A stretch of 64,000 nt of DNA from Scyliorhinus canicula. Its lineage: Eukaryota. The translations under genes and the position numbers were made by a program. This document shows positions 38,813-50,336 of the stretch, piece after piece. Within the stretch, counting starts at the first letter, position 1. Every line of letters starts with the position of its first letter. The stretch is from NCBI RefSeq assembly GCF_902713615.1, contig NC_052157.1, positions 111,369,524-111,433,523 of the forward strand, given 5' to 3'. Under the pieces are notes generated by a model, which worked only from the letters and a program-made list of their open reading frames with translations, was not told the DNA's origin and did not search any database.

Positions 38813-39484
38813 GATTACGGCCCAAGAGTAAATTTTAAAAAGCACAAGTTGAAAATGGGAAACTTCAGTGGCCTGCCATGCTTCAGCCATCTCCTCGTAA
38901 ACCGAATGATGCAACTTCCGGTGTTGAAAAACTTTCTTCCTGTGGAGCAATGCAACCTTGATTATAGACCAGAACGAGGCTCTTCCATTGACCCACACTT
39001 TGATGACTGGTGGCTGTGGGGTGAGCGTCTTGTCAGCGTGAATCTCCTGTCTGAAACCATATTATCGATGTCTTGTGACTCAGAGGATATCATCCAGTTA
39101 CATCATAATGAAATGGAGTGCACACCATTGTATGATCCAGTAACTGGTAATTCAGAGAGTATTTTAAATTTCCATGGGGATAATATTCCAGTTCATTGCA
39201 CAGCCAACTGTAGTGTGAAAAGAACAAGTGATACAGGTCAAAAGCCAGTCCCTTACAAAGATATAGAGGTAGCAATTCATTTGCCACGGAGATCTTTAAT
39301 CGCTTTATATGGAGATGCACGATACAAATGGAAACATGGAATATACAGGGAAGATATCAAGTCAAGACGGATATGCAGTACCTTTAGGGAGCTATCAGAA
39401 GAGTTCAGCCATGGAGGGAACCAAGAGGCACTGGGGAAAGAGCTCTTGGATATATCAATGAGCTTTCAGGGTATTCCTGTGTAA
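38813..39484 (+). CDS. ALKBH4: ALKBH4 exon 3, Fe(II)/2-oxoglutarate dioxygenase core to stop codon
   Basis: aacag acceptor. DYGPRVNF, IDPHFDD (HxD), WKHGI (distal His), RRICSTFRELS (RxxxxxR), ending SFQGIPV-stop. Full protein is 324 aa. Confidence 0.96.
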   Translation, partial: DYGPRVNFKKHKLKMGNFSGLPCFSHLLVNRMMQLPVLKNFLPVEQCNLDYRPERGSSIDPHFDDWWLWGERLVSVNLLSETILSMSCDSEDIIQLHHNEMECTPLYDPVTGNSESILNFHGDNIPVHCTANCSVKRTSDTGQKPVPYKDIEVAIHLPRRSLIALYGDARYKWKHGIYREDIKSRRICSTFRELSEEFSHGGNQEALGKELLDISMSFQGIPV

Positions 39485-40009
39485 AATTGCGACAAGCATC
39501 AAGCACAAGTGAACTTCATTATGAACTCTGCTTTGGGATAACCACAAAAAATGTGATATTTAAATTATTTAACCCATATCTCTTATGCCTGGTTAAAAAA
39601 GGATGCAATGTGTGTGTCGGTCTGCCTCCTCCAGGCCTTTGCAACTTTATAAATGTTCACTTCGAGATGTACAAGAGTAATGAGATGATGATTTTTCTGC
39701 TTCCCTGTTGGGGAAACAGCTGCTCTCCACTCCAGTCCCTATAATCAAGAACATTTTATTTAGGGGGTAATTATGAGATCCAAATCATATCTTGGCACAA
39801 TTGTCCACTGTGCACATGAGCCATAACAAGGCTTTTATTGGTGACGAAAGTGTGTAAAAGTAAGCTCAGAGAATCTAGAATCCAAATTTACTGAAAATAG
39901 GTGGTGGTTTGAGTATTGACCTGTTGTGAGTGGGTTTGGCCTGTTTTTAAATAATAAGCTGAGCACACAGTTCAAATTGTTCTAACCCATCAAATTATCT
40001 TTTTAGAAA

Positions 40010-40240
40010 CTGGATAAAAGCAAATTACTGCGGATGCTGGAATCTGAAACGAAAGAGAAAATGCTGGAAAATCTCAGCAGGTCTGGCAGCATCTGTAGGG
40101 AGAGAAAAGAGCAAATGTTTCGAGTCCAGATGACCCTTTATCAAGAGCTTTGACAAAGGATCACCTGGACTCAAAACGTTAGTTCTTTTTTCTCCCTATA
40201 GATGCTGCCTGACCTGAGATTTTCCAGCATTTTCTCTTTC
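40010..40240. repeat. Palindromic (fold-back) Penelope-derived element in the probable ALKBH4 3'UTR
   Basis: 40051-40144 is the near-perfect reverse complement of 40150-40240. Confidence 0.8.
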
Positions 40241-40628
40241 ACCTCTTTAGAAACCACTGATTCTGATTTTCTCTAAGCAAGGAGGTGTCATAGAATCATA
40301 GGTAGTGATGGTTTATCTGTTTTACTTTCAAATTCTTCAATTTTGATTGAAATGAATATTAATATTGTAAATTAACTGCTCAAATATAACTTTGGATGTA
40401 ATGCCAGGATGATTAAAGTTAGTGTTTTGGAAATTCTGTTACCAAATGAGCTTAAGTTTAAACTAACTTTGAATTTTAAACTAGTTTGCTAAGTTTTGTA
40501 AAATATCAGCTATTTGGGAATGGGACAATGAGAGTGGCATTTTATCAAATGTATATATACTTTAAATATTGGGATTCTACAAAATTATATTTTTTACTTT
40601 GCAAATATTTTTATTTTCTAATTTCTTG

Positions 40629-40651
40629 AATAAATTCTGTGTTGAAATAAA
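40629..40651 (+). terminator. Candidate ALKBH4 polyadenylation signals
   Basis: Two AATAAA hexamers (40629, 40646) in AT-rich sequence about 1.15 kb after the stop. Usage not verifiable. Confidence 0.45.
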
Positions 40652-41139
40652 TCAGCAATTTTTATAAAGGTCAGGTTATTTATGGAGATGAAGGAAATTG
40701 ATTAGCGAAATGGACATTCAATCTGATTTCATTTTCAGTATTTTAGGGTAGGTGTGGGACTAAAATTACTTCAAAATAAATAACGATGGAAATAGTTTTA
40801 ACTAAGTTTCAGTCTGCACGATGTAATGCCATTTACAACAGTGGCTAAATAAATGGGAAAGGAGAGAAGTGAGCACAAGTTCATACGTTTCCGTGGGCAA
40901 AGTCAATATTTTAAAATTCAACGTTCTCCATTTAATGTATGTATGTTCTTGTATGAGTTCCCAATCCCAACTCTATAATTGGATTGGAAATTCTAGAATG
41001 GGAAACGTTGCTGGCAGGAAGGTGATTGAAAAGGATCTGCACAGCAGAAAAAACAAAAGCACAAGCTCCACTCTCTGAATTGTCCCATGATCTGTACCAA
41101 ATGATGATGTACTCCAGTTGTGGTCAACTTGAAATTCTT

Positions 41140-41352
41140 TTTTTCTTTTTATAAATTTAGAATATCCAATTAAGGGGCAATTTAGCGTGGCCAATCCACC
41201 AACCCTGCACATCTTTGGGTTGTGGGGGTGAGACCCACGCAGACACGGGTGGAATGTGCAAATTCCAAACGGACAGTGACCCAGGGCCGGGATTGAATCA
41301 GGGACCTCAGCGCTGTGAGCCAACAGTGCTAACCATTGCGCCATTGTCCTCC
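41140..41352 (-). mobile_element. Short A-tailed V-SINE with long TSD; similar copies at ~16720, 17017, 17323, 30150, 46051, 46997, 52870, 54327, 56213
   Basis: Ends TTAATTGG..A-rich. TSD CAACTTGAAATTCTT at 41125 and 41356. Confidence 0.9.
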
Positions 41353-41962
41353 CCACAACTTGAAATTCTTCATTGTTATAACCGTTCATGTGTTAGCTTC
41401 AATAATTTCTCATTATTCTTCCAGTAGAAATTACAGCAAATGTAGTGGGCAGCATAGTGGTTGCACTGCTGGCGAGAAGGACCCGGGTTCAATTCTGGCC
41501 TTGGGTGACTGTGGAGTTTTCACTTTTTCCCTCTGGGTTTTCTCCGAGTACTCCAGTTTCCTCCCACAGTCCAACGATGTGCAGATTAGGTGGATTGACC
41601 ATGCTGAATTGCCCCTTAGTGTCCAGGGATGTACATGGGTTACGGGGATGGGCAGGGGGAGTGGGGCTGAGTAGGGTGCTTTTTCAGAGGGTTGGTGCAG
41701 ACTCGATGGGTCAAATGGCCTCCTTCTGGACTGTAGGAATTCTATGGCAGCTAGATTTGGGGCCAGTCCAAAAGAATTGGGTGGACATTGCCTTGCTGTA
41801 CCTTTGAGAGCTCAATTGTTCTTTTCACTCTGCTGTTCCTGACCAGGAATGCTTGTTGAATTCATGGAATCCAAAATGGTTATATCCCCGAGTATCTATT
41901 CATTGCAGCAAACTAAAACTCTTAAATTCGTAATAGCTAATGTTTTTTGTTAAATTATTAAA

Positions 41963-42925
41963 TACTAAAAAGCAAAACACTGCCGATCCTGGGAAATCTA
42001 AAATAAAAACAAAATGCTGGCAACTCTCCACAGGTCAACCAGCATCTGTTGAAAGAGAAACATTTTGAGACGAGTAACATTTTATCAAAGCCAGAAGTTG
42101 TTTCAAATTAATCACTTAAGTAGAGCCAGGCCTTGTTATCAAGTGCAGAAACTTGGGCAACATGAAAAAGGGAGGAACAACGACTGAATACTAATGAGGT
42201 ACGGATGCCGAGTATGTATGGAGTAATGAGGAACGACAAAATCAGGAACCATCCCATCAGAGAGGGTCAGTGAAGAGTATGGGCGCATCGAAGAAAGCAG
42301 CCGAGGAGAAATTGATATGGTTTGCTCATCCCTTTGAGATGAGAGAGAGGGTGCGGAGATGAGAATGATGGAAATGGGACTGTAAGGAAAAAGGTGTAGA
42401 GGAAGGCCTAAGATCAGATGGAAAGGTGTAGTGGTGGGAAATCTAAATGCAGCAGGATTGAAAGAAGAATAGGTGACTGACAAGGAGAGATGTAGAAGGG
42501 TATTCAACTAGCATTGTGACAACCCCAAGTAAAATGGGAGAAGCACAGAAAGTAGAGCGGGCCAAAAGAAAAAGGTGGTCTTTTGGTTGAACACAGGAGA
42601 TGGTTAAATGATGGAAGTTTCTCCATCTGCTTTGATATTGCCACTTACCTCAAAAATATCCAAAAGGTCCTTTTTCCTCTGTTGGAATTCCTGCCCGTCG
42701 CCCCATCATGGTTAAACAGGGCAGTCGACTGTGTCCATCTTATTTCCCACATTTACATCTTTGCCCCTTTTCTCCCTTCTGTATAATATTGTCCACCTTG
42801 TCCTTGCCTTCCAACTCACCAGCTTCTGCATTCAACACATACTTTTCCACCACTCCTTGTGTGATTCCGACACCAAACACATTTTCCCCCTCGTTCCCAT
42901 TCTGTTCCTTCTGTGACGACCTGAT
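41963..42925 (+). mobile_element. Penelope-like element relic with a nested RTE-clade LINE 3' fragment (~42185-42545)
   Basis: Inverted terminal repeat at 41963-42090 is related to 40010. Degenerate LVLAF..TS..IQHI..D.TKHIFP motif at 42790-42900. The nested piece reads as decayed RTE C-terminus (GV.R.DKIRN..IR; WFAH; RGRPK.RW). Confidence 0.5.
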
Positions 42926-43170
42926 GGAGCTGCTTTCTTTTACAATAAGACGTTAAACTGAGGTCCCAGTGTCCTGCTCATGTGGATGTAGAAGATCCCA
43001 TAACACTGTTTCAAAGAAGAGCAAGGTTGTCCCTGATGTCCTAGTTAATATTTATCCTTCAATCAACATCACATGAATAGATTACCTGATCATTGTCACG
43101 TTCCTGCAAGAAGGAATTTGCTGTACGCCATTGGCTGCCATGTTTCTTACATTATAACCTAGATACAGGA

Positions 43171-45465
43171 GTACAAAGAACAAAGAAAAGTACAGCACAG
43201 GAACAGGCCCTTTGGCCCTCCAAGCCTGTGCTGACCATGCTGCCCGTCGAAACTAAAATCTTCTGCACTTCCGGGGTCCGTATCCCTCTATTCCCATCCT
43301 GTTCATGTATTTGTCAAGATGCCCCTTAAACGTCACTATCGTCCCTGCTTCCACCACCTCCTCCGGCAGCGAGTTCAAGGCACCCACTACCCTCTGTGTA
43401 AAAAAATTGCCTCGTACATCTCTAAACCTTGCTCCTTAAACCTATGCCCCTAGTAATTGACCCCTCTCCCCTGGGAAAAAGCCTCTGACTATCCACTCTA
43501 TGCCTCTCAATTTTGTAGACCGCTATCAAGTCACCTCTCATCCTCCGTCATTCCAGTGAGAACAAACCAAGTTTATTCAACCTCTCCTCATAGCTAATGC
43601 CCTCCATACCAGCCAACATCCTGGGAAATCTCTTCTGCACTCTCTCTGAAGACTCCATGTCCTTCTGGTAGTGTGGCGACCAGAATTGAACACTATACTC
43701 CAAGTGTGGCCTAACTAAGGTTCTGTACAGCTGCAACATGACTTGCCAATTCTTGTACTCAATGCCCCGGCCAATGAAGGCAAGCATGCTGTATGCCTTC
43801 TTGACGACCTTCTCCACCTGTGTTGCCCCTTTCAGTGACCTGTGGACCTGTACACCTAGATCTCTCTGACTGTCGATACTCTTGAGGTTTCTACCATTCA
43901 CTGTATATTCCCTACATGCGTTTGACCTTCCAAAATGCATTACCTCACATTTGTCCGGATTAAACTCCATCTGCCATCTCTCCGCCCAAGTCTCCAAACA
44001 ATCTAAATCCTGCTGTATCCTCTGACAGTCCTCATCGCTATCCCCAATTCCACAAACCTTTGTGTCATCTGCAAACTTACAAATCAGAACAGTTACATTT
44101 CCTCCAAATCATTTATATATACTACGAACAGCAAAGGTCCCAGCACTGATCCCTGCGGAACACCACGAGTACAGTCCTCCAATCAGAAAAGCATCCTTCC
44201 ATTGCTACTTTCTGCCTTCTTATGACCTAGCCCGTTCTTGCCAGCTCACCCCTGATCCCGTGTGACATCACCTTTTGTGCCAGTTTGCCATGAGGGACCT
44301 TGTCAAAGGCCTTACTGAAGTCCATATAGACAACATCCACTTCCCTACCTGCATCAATCATCTTTGTGACCTCCTCGAAAAACTCAATCAAGTTCGTGAC
44401 CTCCCCTTCCCAAAACCGTGCTGCCTCTCACTAATAACGTCCATTTGCTTCCAAATGGGAGTAGATCCTGTCTCGAAGAATTCTTTCCAGTAATTTCCCT
44501 ACCATTGACGTAAGGCTCACCGGCCTGTAGTTCCCTGGATTATCCTTGCTACCGTTCTTAAACAAAGGAACAACATTGGCTATTCTCCAGTCCTCTGGGA
44601 CATCACCTGAAGACAGTGAGGATCCAAAGATTTCTGTCAAGGCCTCAGCAATTTCCGCTCTAGCCTCCTTCAGTATTCTGGTTAGATCCCATCAGGCCCT
44701 GGGGACTTAGCTACCTTAATATTTTTGAAGACGACCAACACCTCGTCTTTTTGGATCTCAATGTGACCCAGGCTATCTGCACATCCCTCTCCAGACTCAG
44801 CATCCACCAATTCCTTCTGTTTGGTGAATACTGATGCAAAGTCTTCATTTAGTACCTCGCCCATTTCCTCTGGCTCCACACCTAGATTCCCTCACCTGTC
44901 CTTCAGTGGGCCAACCCTGGCTACCCTCTTGCTTTTTATGTACGTGTAAAAAGCCGTGGGATTTTCCTTTCACCTATTTGCCAATGACTTTTTGTGACCC
45001 CTTTTAGCCCTCCTGACTCCTTGCTTAAGTTCCTTCCTACTTTCCTTATATTCCACACAGGCTTCGTCTGTACCCAGCCTTCTAGCCCTGACGAATGCCT
45101 CCTTTTTCTTTTTAACGAGGCCTACAATATCTCTTGTTATCCAAGGTTCCCCAAATTTGCCGTATTTATCCTTCTTCCGCACAGGAATATGCCAGTCCTG
45201 AATTCCTTTCAATTGACATTTGAAAGCCTCCCACATGTCAGATGTTGATTTACCCTCAAACATCTGCCCCCAGTCTAGATTCTTCAGTTCCTGCCTAATA
45301 TTGTTATAATTAGCCTTCCCCCACTTTAGCACATTCACCCTAGGACCACTCTTATCCTTGTCCACCAGCACTTTGAAACTTACTGAATTGTGGTCACTGT
45401 TCCCGAAATGCTCCCCTACTTAAACTTCTACCACTTGGCCGGGCTCATTCCCCAATACCAGGTCC
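43171..45465 (-). mobile_element. CR1 LINE, same subfamily as 31005-32287, longer and degraded
   Basis: Broken ORFs at 43548, 44431, 44682 and 44970 with CR1 ORF2 motifs and the same 3' tail. Confidence 0.92.
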
Positions 45466-45567
45466 ATGCAGTAAGCCATTCAGCTCATCGAGCCTACTCC
45501 ACCATTCAATGCGATCATGGCTAATTGGGCACTGCAATGCATTTTACACCCCCCGCACCATAACCCT

Positions 45568-45875
45568 GGGCTGGCATGGTAGCGCAATGGATAGCACTGT
45601 TGCTTCACAGCGCCAGATACCTGGGTTCAATTCCCGGCTTGGGTCACTGTCTGTGTGGAGTCTGCACGTTCTCCTCATGTATGCGTGGGTTTCCTCCGGG
45701 TGCTCCAGTTTCCTCCCACAAGTACCAAAGATATGCTTGTTAGATGAATTGGACATTCTGAATTATCCCTCAGTGCACCCAAACAGGCGCCGGAGTGTGC
45801 GACGAGGGGATTTTCACAGTAACTTCAATGCAGTGTTAATGTGGCATACTTGTGACACTAATAAAGATTATTGTT
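45568..45875 (+). mobile_element. V-SINE with alternative tail; similar copies at 6290-6595(-), 13972-14256(+), 22792-23062(+)
   Basis: Same head and V domain, but the tail is GAACAGGCGCCGGA.TGTGGCGACTAGGGGCTTTTCACAGTAACTTCA..GTGACAATAAAGATTATT. Confidence 0.88.
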
Positions 45876-47959
45876 AATTTGCATTATTGTTAATCAGGAA
45901 TAAAATTATTGTTCCTCAGACTACATTTCAAAAATACTTAATTGGCGCTGAAGCACTTTGAGATGTCCAATGGTTGTGAAAAGAGCAGTCTAGATCAATG
46001 CCAATTTTTTTTTAACTTTCTTTAAGCTTTCTAATCTTAACATTGACTTTTTTTTATAAATTTAGAGTACCCAATTCATTTTTTTCCAATTAAGGGGCAA
46101 TTTTAGCGTGGCCAATCCACCTACTCTGCATACCTTTGGGTTGTGGGCGCGAAACCCACGCAAACACGGGGCGATTGTGCAAACTTCACACGGACAGTGA
46201 CCCAGACCTGGGATCTCGGTGCCGTGAGGCAGCAATGCTAACCACTCTGCCATTAACATTGACTTTTAACAACTTTAGACCACACCCACCATTTCCATTT
46301 TCTTTGCCACAGCACAGGTTAGCAATATTGAATAGGTATCCTAGAGCAACTGGGAATTAAATGGTACGAGCTGTTGCTTGGGTTGAGAACCTCCTATTAG
46401 TATGCAGTCCACATGGTCTGTCTGTTTCTCTTCCGCCACATTCCAGGTCCATGGAAGTCAGATATTCCATACTTCTCTCTCACTCTGCTATTCTGCTGTA
46501 ACGATTCTCATATTCTCAATACCTTCTAATCTTTTCCTTTAATTTCTGGTATTCCTGGCTCCTTTTGCCTTTTACCTTGGTCATTTAATTATTGGCTGTC
46601 ATTTACCCCATCGAAGATGTATTCTTCATTCCCCCTGCTACCACTCTGTTCTGGTTTTGTACTTGTTTTCAGGCTGTTCATGTGTAACATTTTCCAGTTT
46701 AAACCTTACATTTAAATTATATTCTGTTTTTGACTTCCAATATTCCGTTTTTGACTTCCAATAGAACTTACATTTTTGATTTAAAAATATTTTAAGCTTT
46801 ATCTGCTTTCCTGATCTTAACTTCTAACCTCCCACATACACATTTCCAATATTGAGTTGATTCTCTGTAGTTAGAATCAGCACTGCATTCTGCTGCTGTT
46901 TCCTTTTAGGTGTGGGCTGTGGCCCTCAAGTGTCTCTGCTGAGTTTTATTTCTTGAAAGCTCCATTCATAGCCCTTAGTTTAAGATAAGATTCGTCGGGC
47001 AGCATGGTGGCGCAGTGGTTAGCACTGCTCCGAGGACCCGGGTTTGATCCCTGCACCAGGTCACTGTCTGTGTGGACCCCACAACATAAAATGACGTGCA
47101 GGATAGGTGAATTGACTATGCTAAATTGCCCCTTAATTGGAAACAAAAGAATTGTGCATACTAAATTTATTTTTAAAAAGATGAGATTCGTCAATAAGTT
47201 CCAGGTACAACCTGGTTTTAATTTGAACAAAAACTGAGCAGTTAACTGTTGTCTGCTGCATGCACCATAGCGACACCTCTACCAATCAGAGTCCACTTCC
47301 CAACCAATCAGCACTCTCTTATGCAGTGTAAATTGTTGTTCCCTTAACTGGTGGTTCATCTTGTGATCGTTCTGATTAGTGCAAGCCAAAACGTTTGATA
47401 GCATGTCTCCTTTTTTAATGCAATATTCTTTGTAAATTCTAACTTGAAACTTTCTCAAGGATTTTCACCCCTGGTGCATTAAAATATGGATTGAAATGTG
47501 GGGAATAGGAAAGTTGATTTGCTTTGTATTATGAAATGTTTAAAAACAGAGTGATTAAGTTTCTTCTCAACATAAAAAGTCAAACAAAATTTTATTCATG
47601 GAGGGCAGAGACAAGCACAGAAAAAAGTCATTAGCAAATTGGAATATTCTCTTCTATAAAAAAATATTTCCACCCTGTTTTTTATTAACCATAAATCTGT
47701 ACGGGTTATTTACATCCAAAGGTCATGCCAATCAACTTTACCAAATTCATTTTTGGAGTGTAGTCACTTGATTAGGTAAGTATGGCAACCAATAATGTAC
47801 ACAGCGAGATCCCAGAAACAACGAGGTGAGTAAAAATCCAATCTGTTTTTGATGGATAAACATTGCACAGGGTAACAGGAGAACTTTCCTACACTACAAG
47901 TAATGACGTGGGATCTTTATTGTTCACCTGAGGGCACGAAAGGTCTATGCCTATTTTGT

Positions 47960-48330
47960 CATGGCTCAGTAATCTCTTTAAATCTAAGGCTGTGGGTCTA
48001 AATTTCACTCGAGCATGGTTGACAGTCCAATGCAGTGCTGAGGGAGTGCTGCCTTTTGGATGAGGCATTAAACAGAGGACCTTTCTTTCCTCCTGCAAAA
48101 AGGATCCCATGGCACCATGCAAGAGCAGGGAATTGTCTAGGTATTCTGACCTATATTCCTCCATCAGCATAGTTAACAAGAGATTATTTGGTCATTTCTA
48201 CATGTGAGATCTTGCTGTTTACAAATTAGTTGCTGCATTTTCTACATTATTAAAGTGACTGCACTTAAAGGGTACCTCATTGCCTGTAAAGCACTTTGGG
48301 ACATTCTGTGGTCATGAAAAGCACTGCAAG
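47960..48330 (+). mobile_element. Old Deu-domain-type SINE; other decayed copies at 42925-43160/45915-45995, 47745-47940(-), 38300-38450(-)
   Basis: Decayed cagtgctgagggagtgctgcc..ggatgag.c.ttaaac.gagg..aaaggatcccatggcac..gaagagcaggg consensus. Confidence 0.6.
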
Positions 48331-49132
48331 TCTTATGACATCTCAGATGAATGACTGCACCTTTGTTATTACCGTAACTTCCACAGCATGGTTCCAAACT
48401 TATAAATAGAAGCTATTAACAAAGACAACATGGACCACTATGAAGATCTCTGAAATGCACATGTTTGGAAAAATGATTGAATAATTATGTAAATATTGAA
48501 GCTGTTTGAATGAACAAAGCATCATTTCAGAAAAATTAAGATTGGGAAACTTGATTTAGCTCAAAACTGCAATAGAATAGACTTGTTAAAAAAGACATAA
48601 AACCATTTTCTAAGTAAATTTATCTTTGGTTAAAAAAAATCCCTGAAATTCTTTGTACTACAATAATTCTGCAATTATTTCAGTCCAGATTGAGAATTGT
48701 TTCCACCCCAGCACATGTATAACAGCAGACCCTTCCTTTCACCATTCCATTGTTTTAGAAGAGTATGTACCTACTACATGCATTGATGGATCCCTCTGCC
48801 TGTCCTTGTACTAGTCTGTGCGCTATTTGTAAACACAGCATCCAACCCGACTACTGTAGTAACTTCCGTATAATGACTTGGGAACACAATGTTTCCTGTC
48901 AACTGTTACAATTATTCAATTATGAGACAATATGACAAATTCAGTAAAGATCTGTGCTACAAATGCTAAGAAGAGCATGAATAACAGCAGATCATGTTAC
49001 TCCACAGAATCAGAGAATTGATACAGCACGGCAGGAAGCTATTTAACCCATCGTGTCTGTGCTGGCACTCTTTGGGAGCATTCTACTGAGAGCCACTCTC
49101 CTCTCCACAACCCTCAACATCCTTCCTTTTCT

Positions 49133-49358
49133 CTGGATCTGTAAAGACTTAATTACCTGCAAATGCTCGCATTCAAAGCATTGTCTTGCATTTTTGAATT
49201 TGTCTATATATGTTTCTGGAACGTACCTCTTCATTCACCTGAGGAAGGAGCAGTGCTCCGAAAGCTAGTGATTTGAAACAAACCTGTTGGACTTTAACCT
49301 GGTGCTGTAAGACTTCTTCTTGTGCTCGCCCGCGTCCAACGCCGGCATCTCCACATCA
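49133..49358 (+). mobile_element. Short Penelope-type terminal repeat carrying the hammerhead motif (copy 1)
   Basis: Highly similar to 27471-27684. Flanking CCTTCCTTTTC at 49121 and 49751 is a possible target-site duplication. Confidence 0.65.
49235..49271 (+). ncRNA. Minimal type I hammerhead ribozyme motif
   Basis: TCAC-CTGAGGA-A-GGAGC(AGT)GCTCC-GAAA-GC-TA-GTGA: stem I, full core, stem II, palindromic stem III and a UH cleavage site. Confidence 0.75.
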
Positions 49359-49364
49359 TACTTC

Positions 49365-49750
49365 TGTCATGATATGCAGACACAAGCATAATGATATACA
49401 GACAAGCAGCTAATGGACACAGAGAACAGGACAGCATCAATAAGCAGGCGGGACACTCAGGCTTGGGTATGACTATTATTGACACGCACTCACACTCCGC
49501 CCACTGATGAACATCTAGAGAGTCAGTCAAGGGTGTTGTTACAATCTCACACCTCCACCACGTGGCTAAGAGCTAGTCTAGTTCGGTCAGACAGTAACCA
49601 CACAAGGTAGCAGACAGTCAAACTCACAGAGAACTGTGCTAACTGCTATTAGTTCAATAAACCTGGTTGAACTACAAGGTCTGGAGTATCTTTCTGATCT
49701 AAGCTGCATCCAGTTGCAGCCAGGGTTAGACCAGTGTACCTAACACCACA
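49365..49750 (+). mobile_element. Solo LTR just upstream of the DTX2 promoter
   Basis: TGT...ACA ends, AATAAA at ~49656, near-TSD ACTTC/CCTTC. Confidence 0.65.
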
Positions 49751-50079
49751 CCTTCCTTTTCAGATAACAATCTAATTCCTCTTGAATGCCTCGAATGGCC
49801 CTGCCTCTATCACACTCGCAGGTAGTTACACCTAACCTCACGCTCATCTTAGCCAAAAGACATTTTCTCCAAGGAAAGCTGCTCCAACTTAAGAGCTCGT
49901 TCTTCGACCTGCTGAATTGATTCTGCACTGCCAACACCCTCCCGAACCTTTATAATTGCAGCGTTCATTTTACATTTTTCCTGAGCAGTTAAATCTCCTC
50001 CGCCCCGTTTGCACTATTGTCTTGCAATAAAAGTTTTATCACTTTTAAGTTTCGTTTCTTGCCTCGCACCTCACACCAG

Positions 50080-50336
50080 CCGTCAACAGAGGGAGCTGGC
50101 CGGAGCGGGGCCTCGTGGGTATTGTAGTTCCCAGCTGGCCAACCGACTATCAAGCACCCAGATGAGGCTGGCCGGAAGGAACTACAATTCCCAGCAGGCA
50201 GCGCGGGTGCGCTGACCCCCCCGCTAGGGAGGGAGGGGGGGAGGGGAAAACAGTGGGAGGGAGGGGCCTGGCTCGGAAAGTTATCGGCGTTTGTTTTTCT
50301 GCTCACACCATCAACCCGGGGCCGACGAGGAGGATA
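50080..50336. promoter_or_regulatory. DTX2 CpG-island promoter with two ZNF143/THAP11 (ACTACAnnTCCCA-type) motifs and an ETS site
   Basis: ACTACAATTCCCAGCAGGC at 50181 (+), ACTACAATACCCACGAGGC at ~50110-50128 (-), CCGGAAG at 50172, G-tracts at 50226-50267. Confidence 0.8.
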
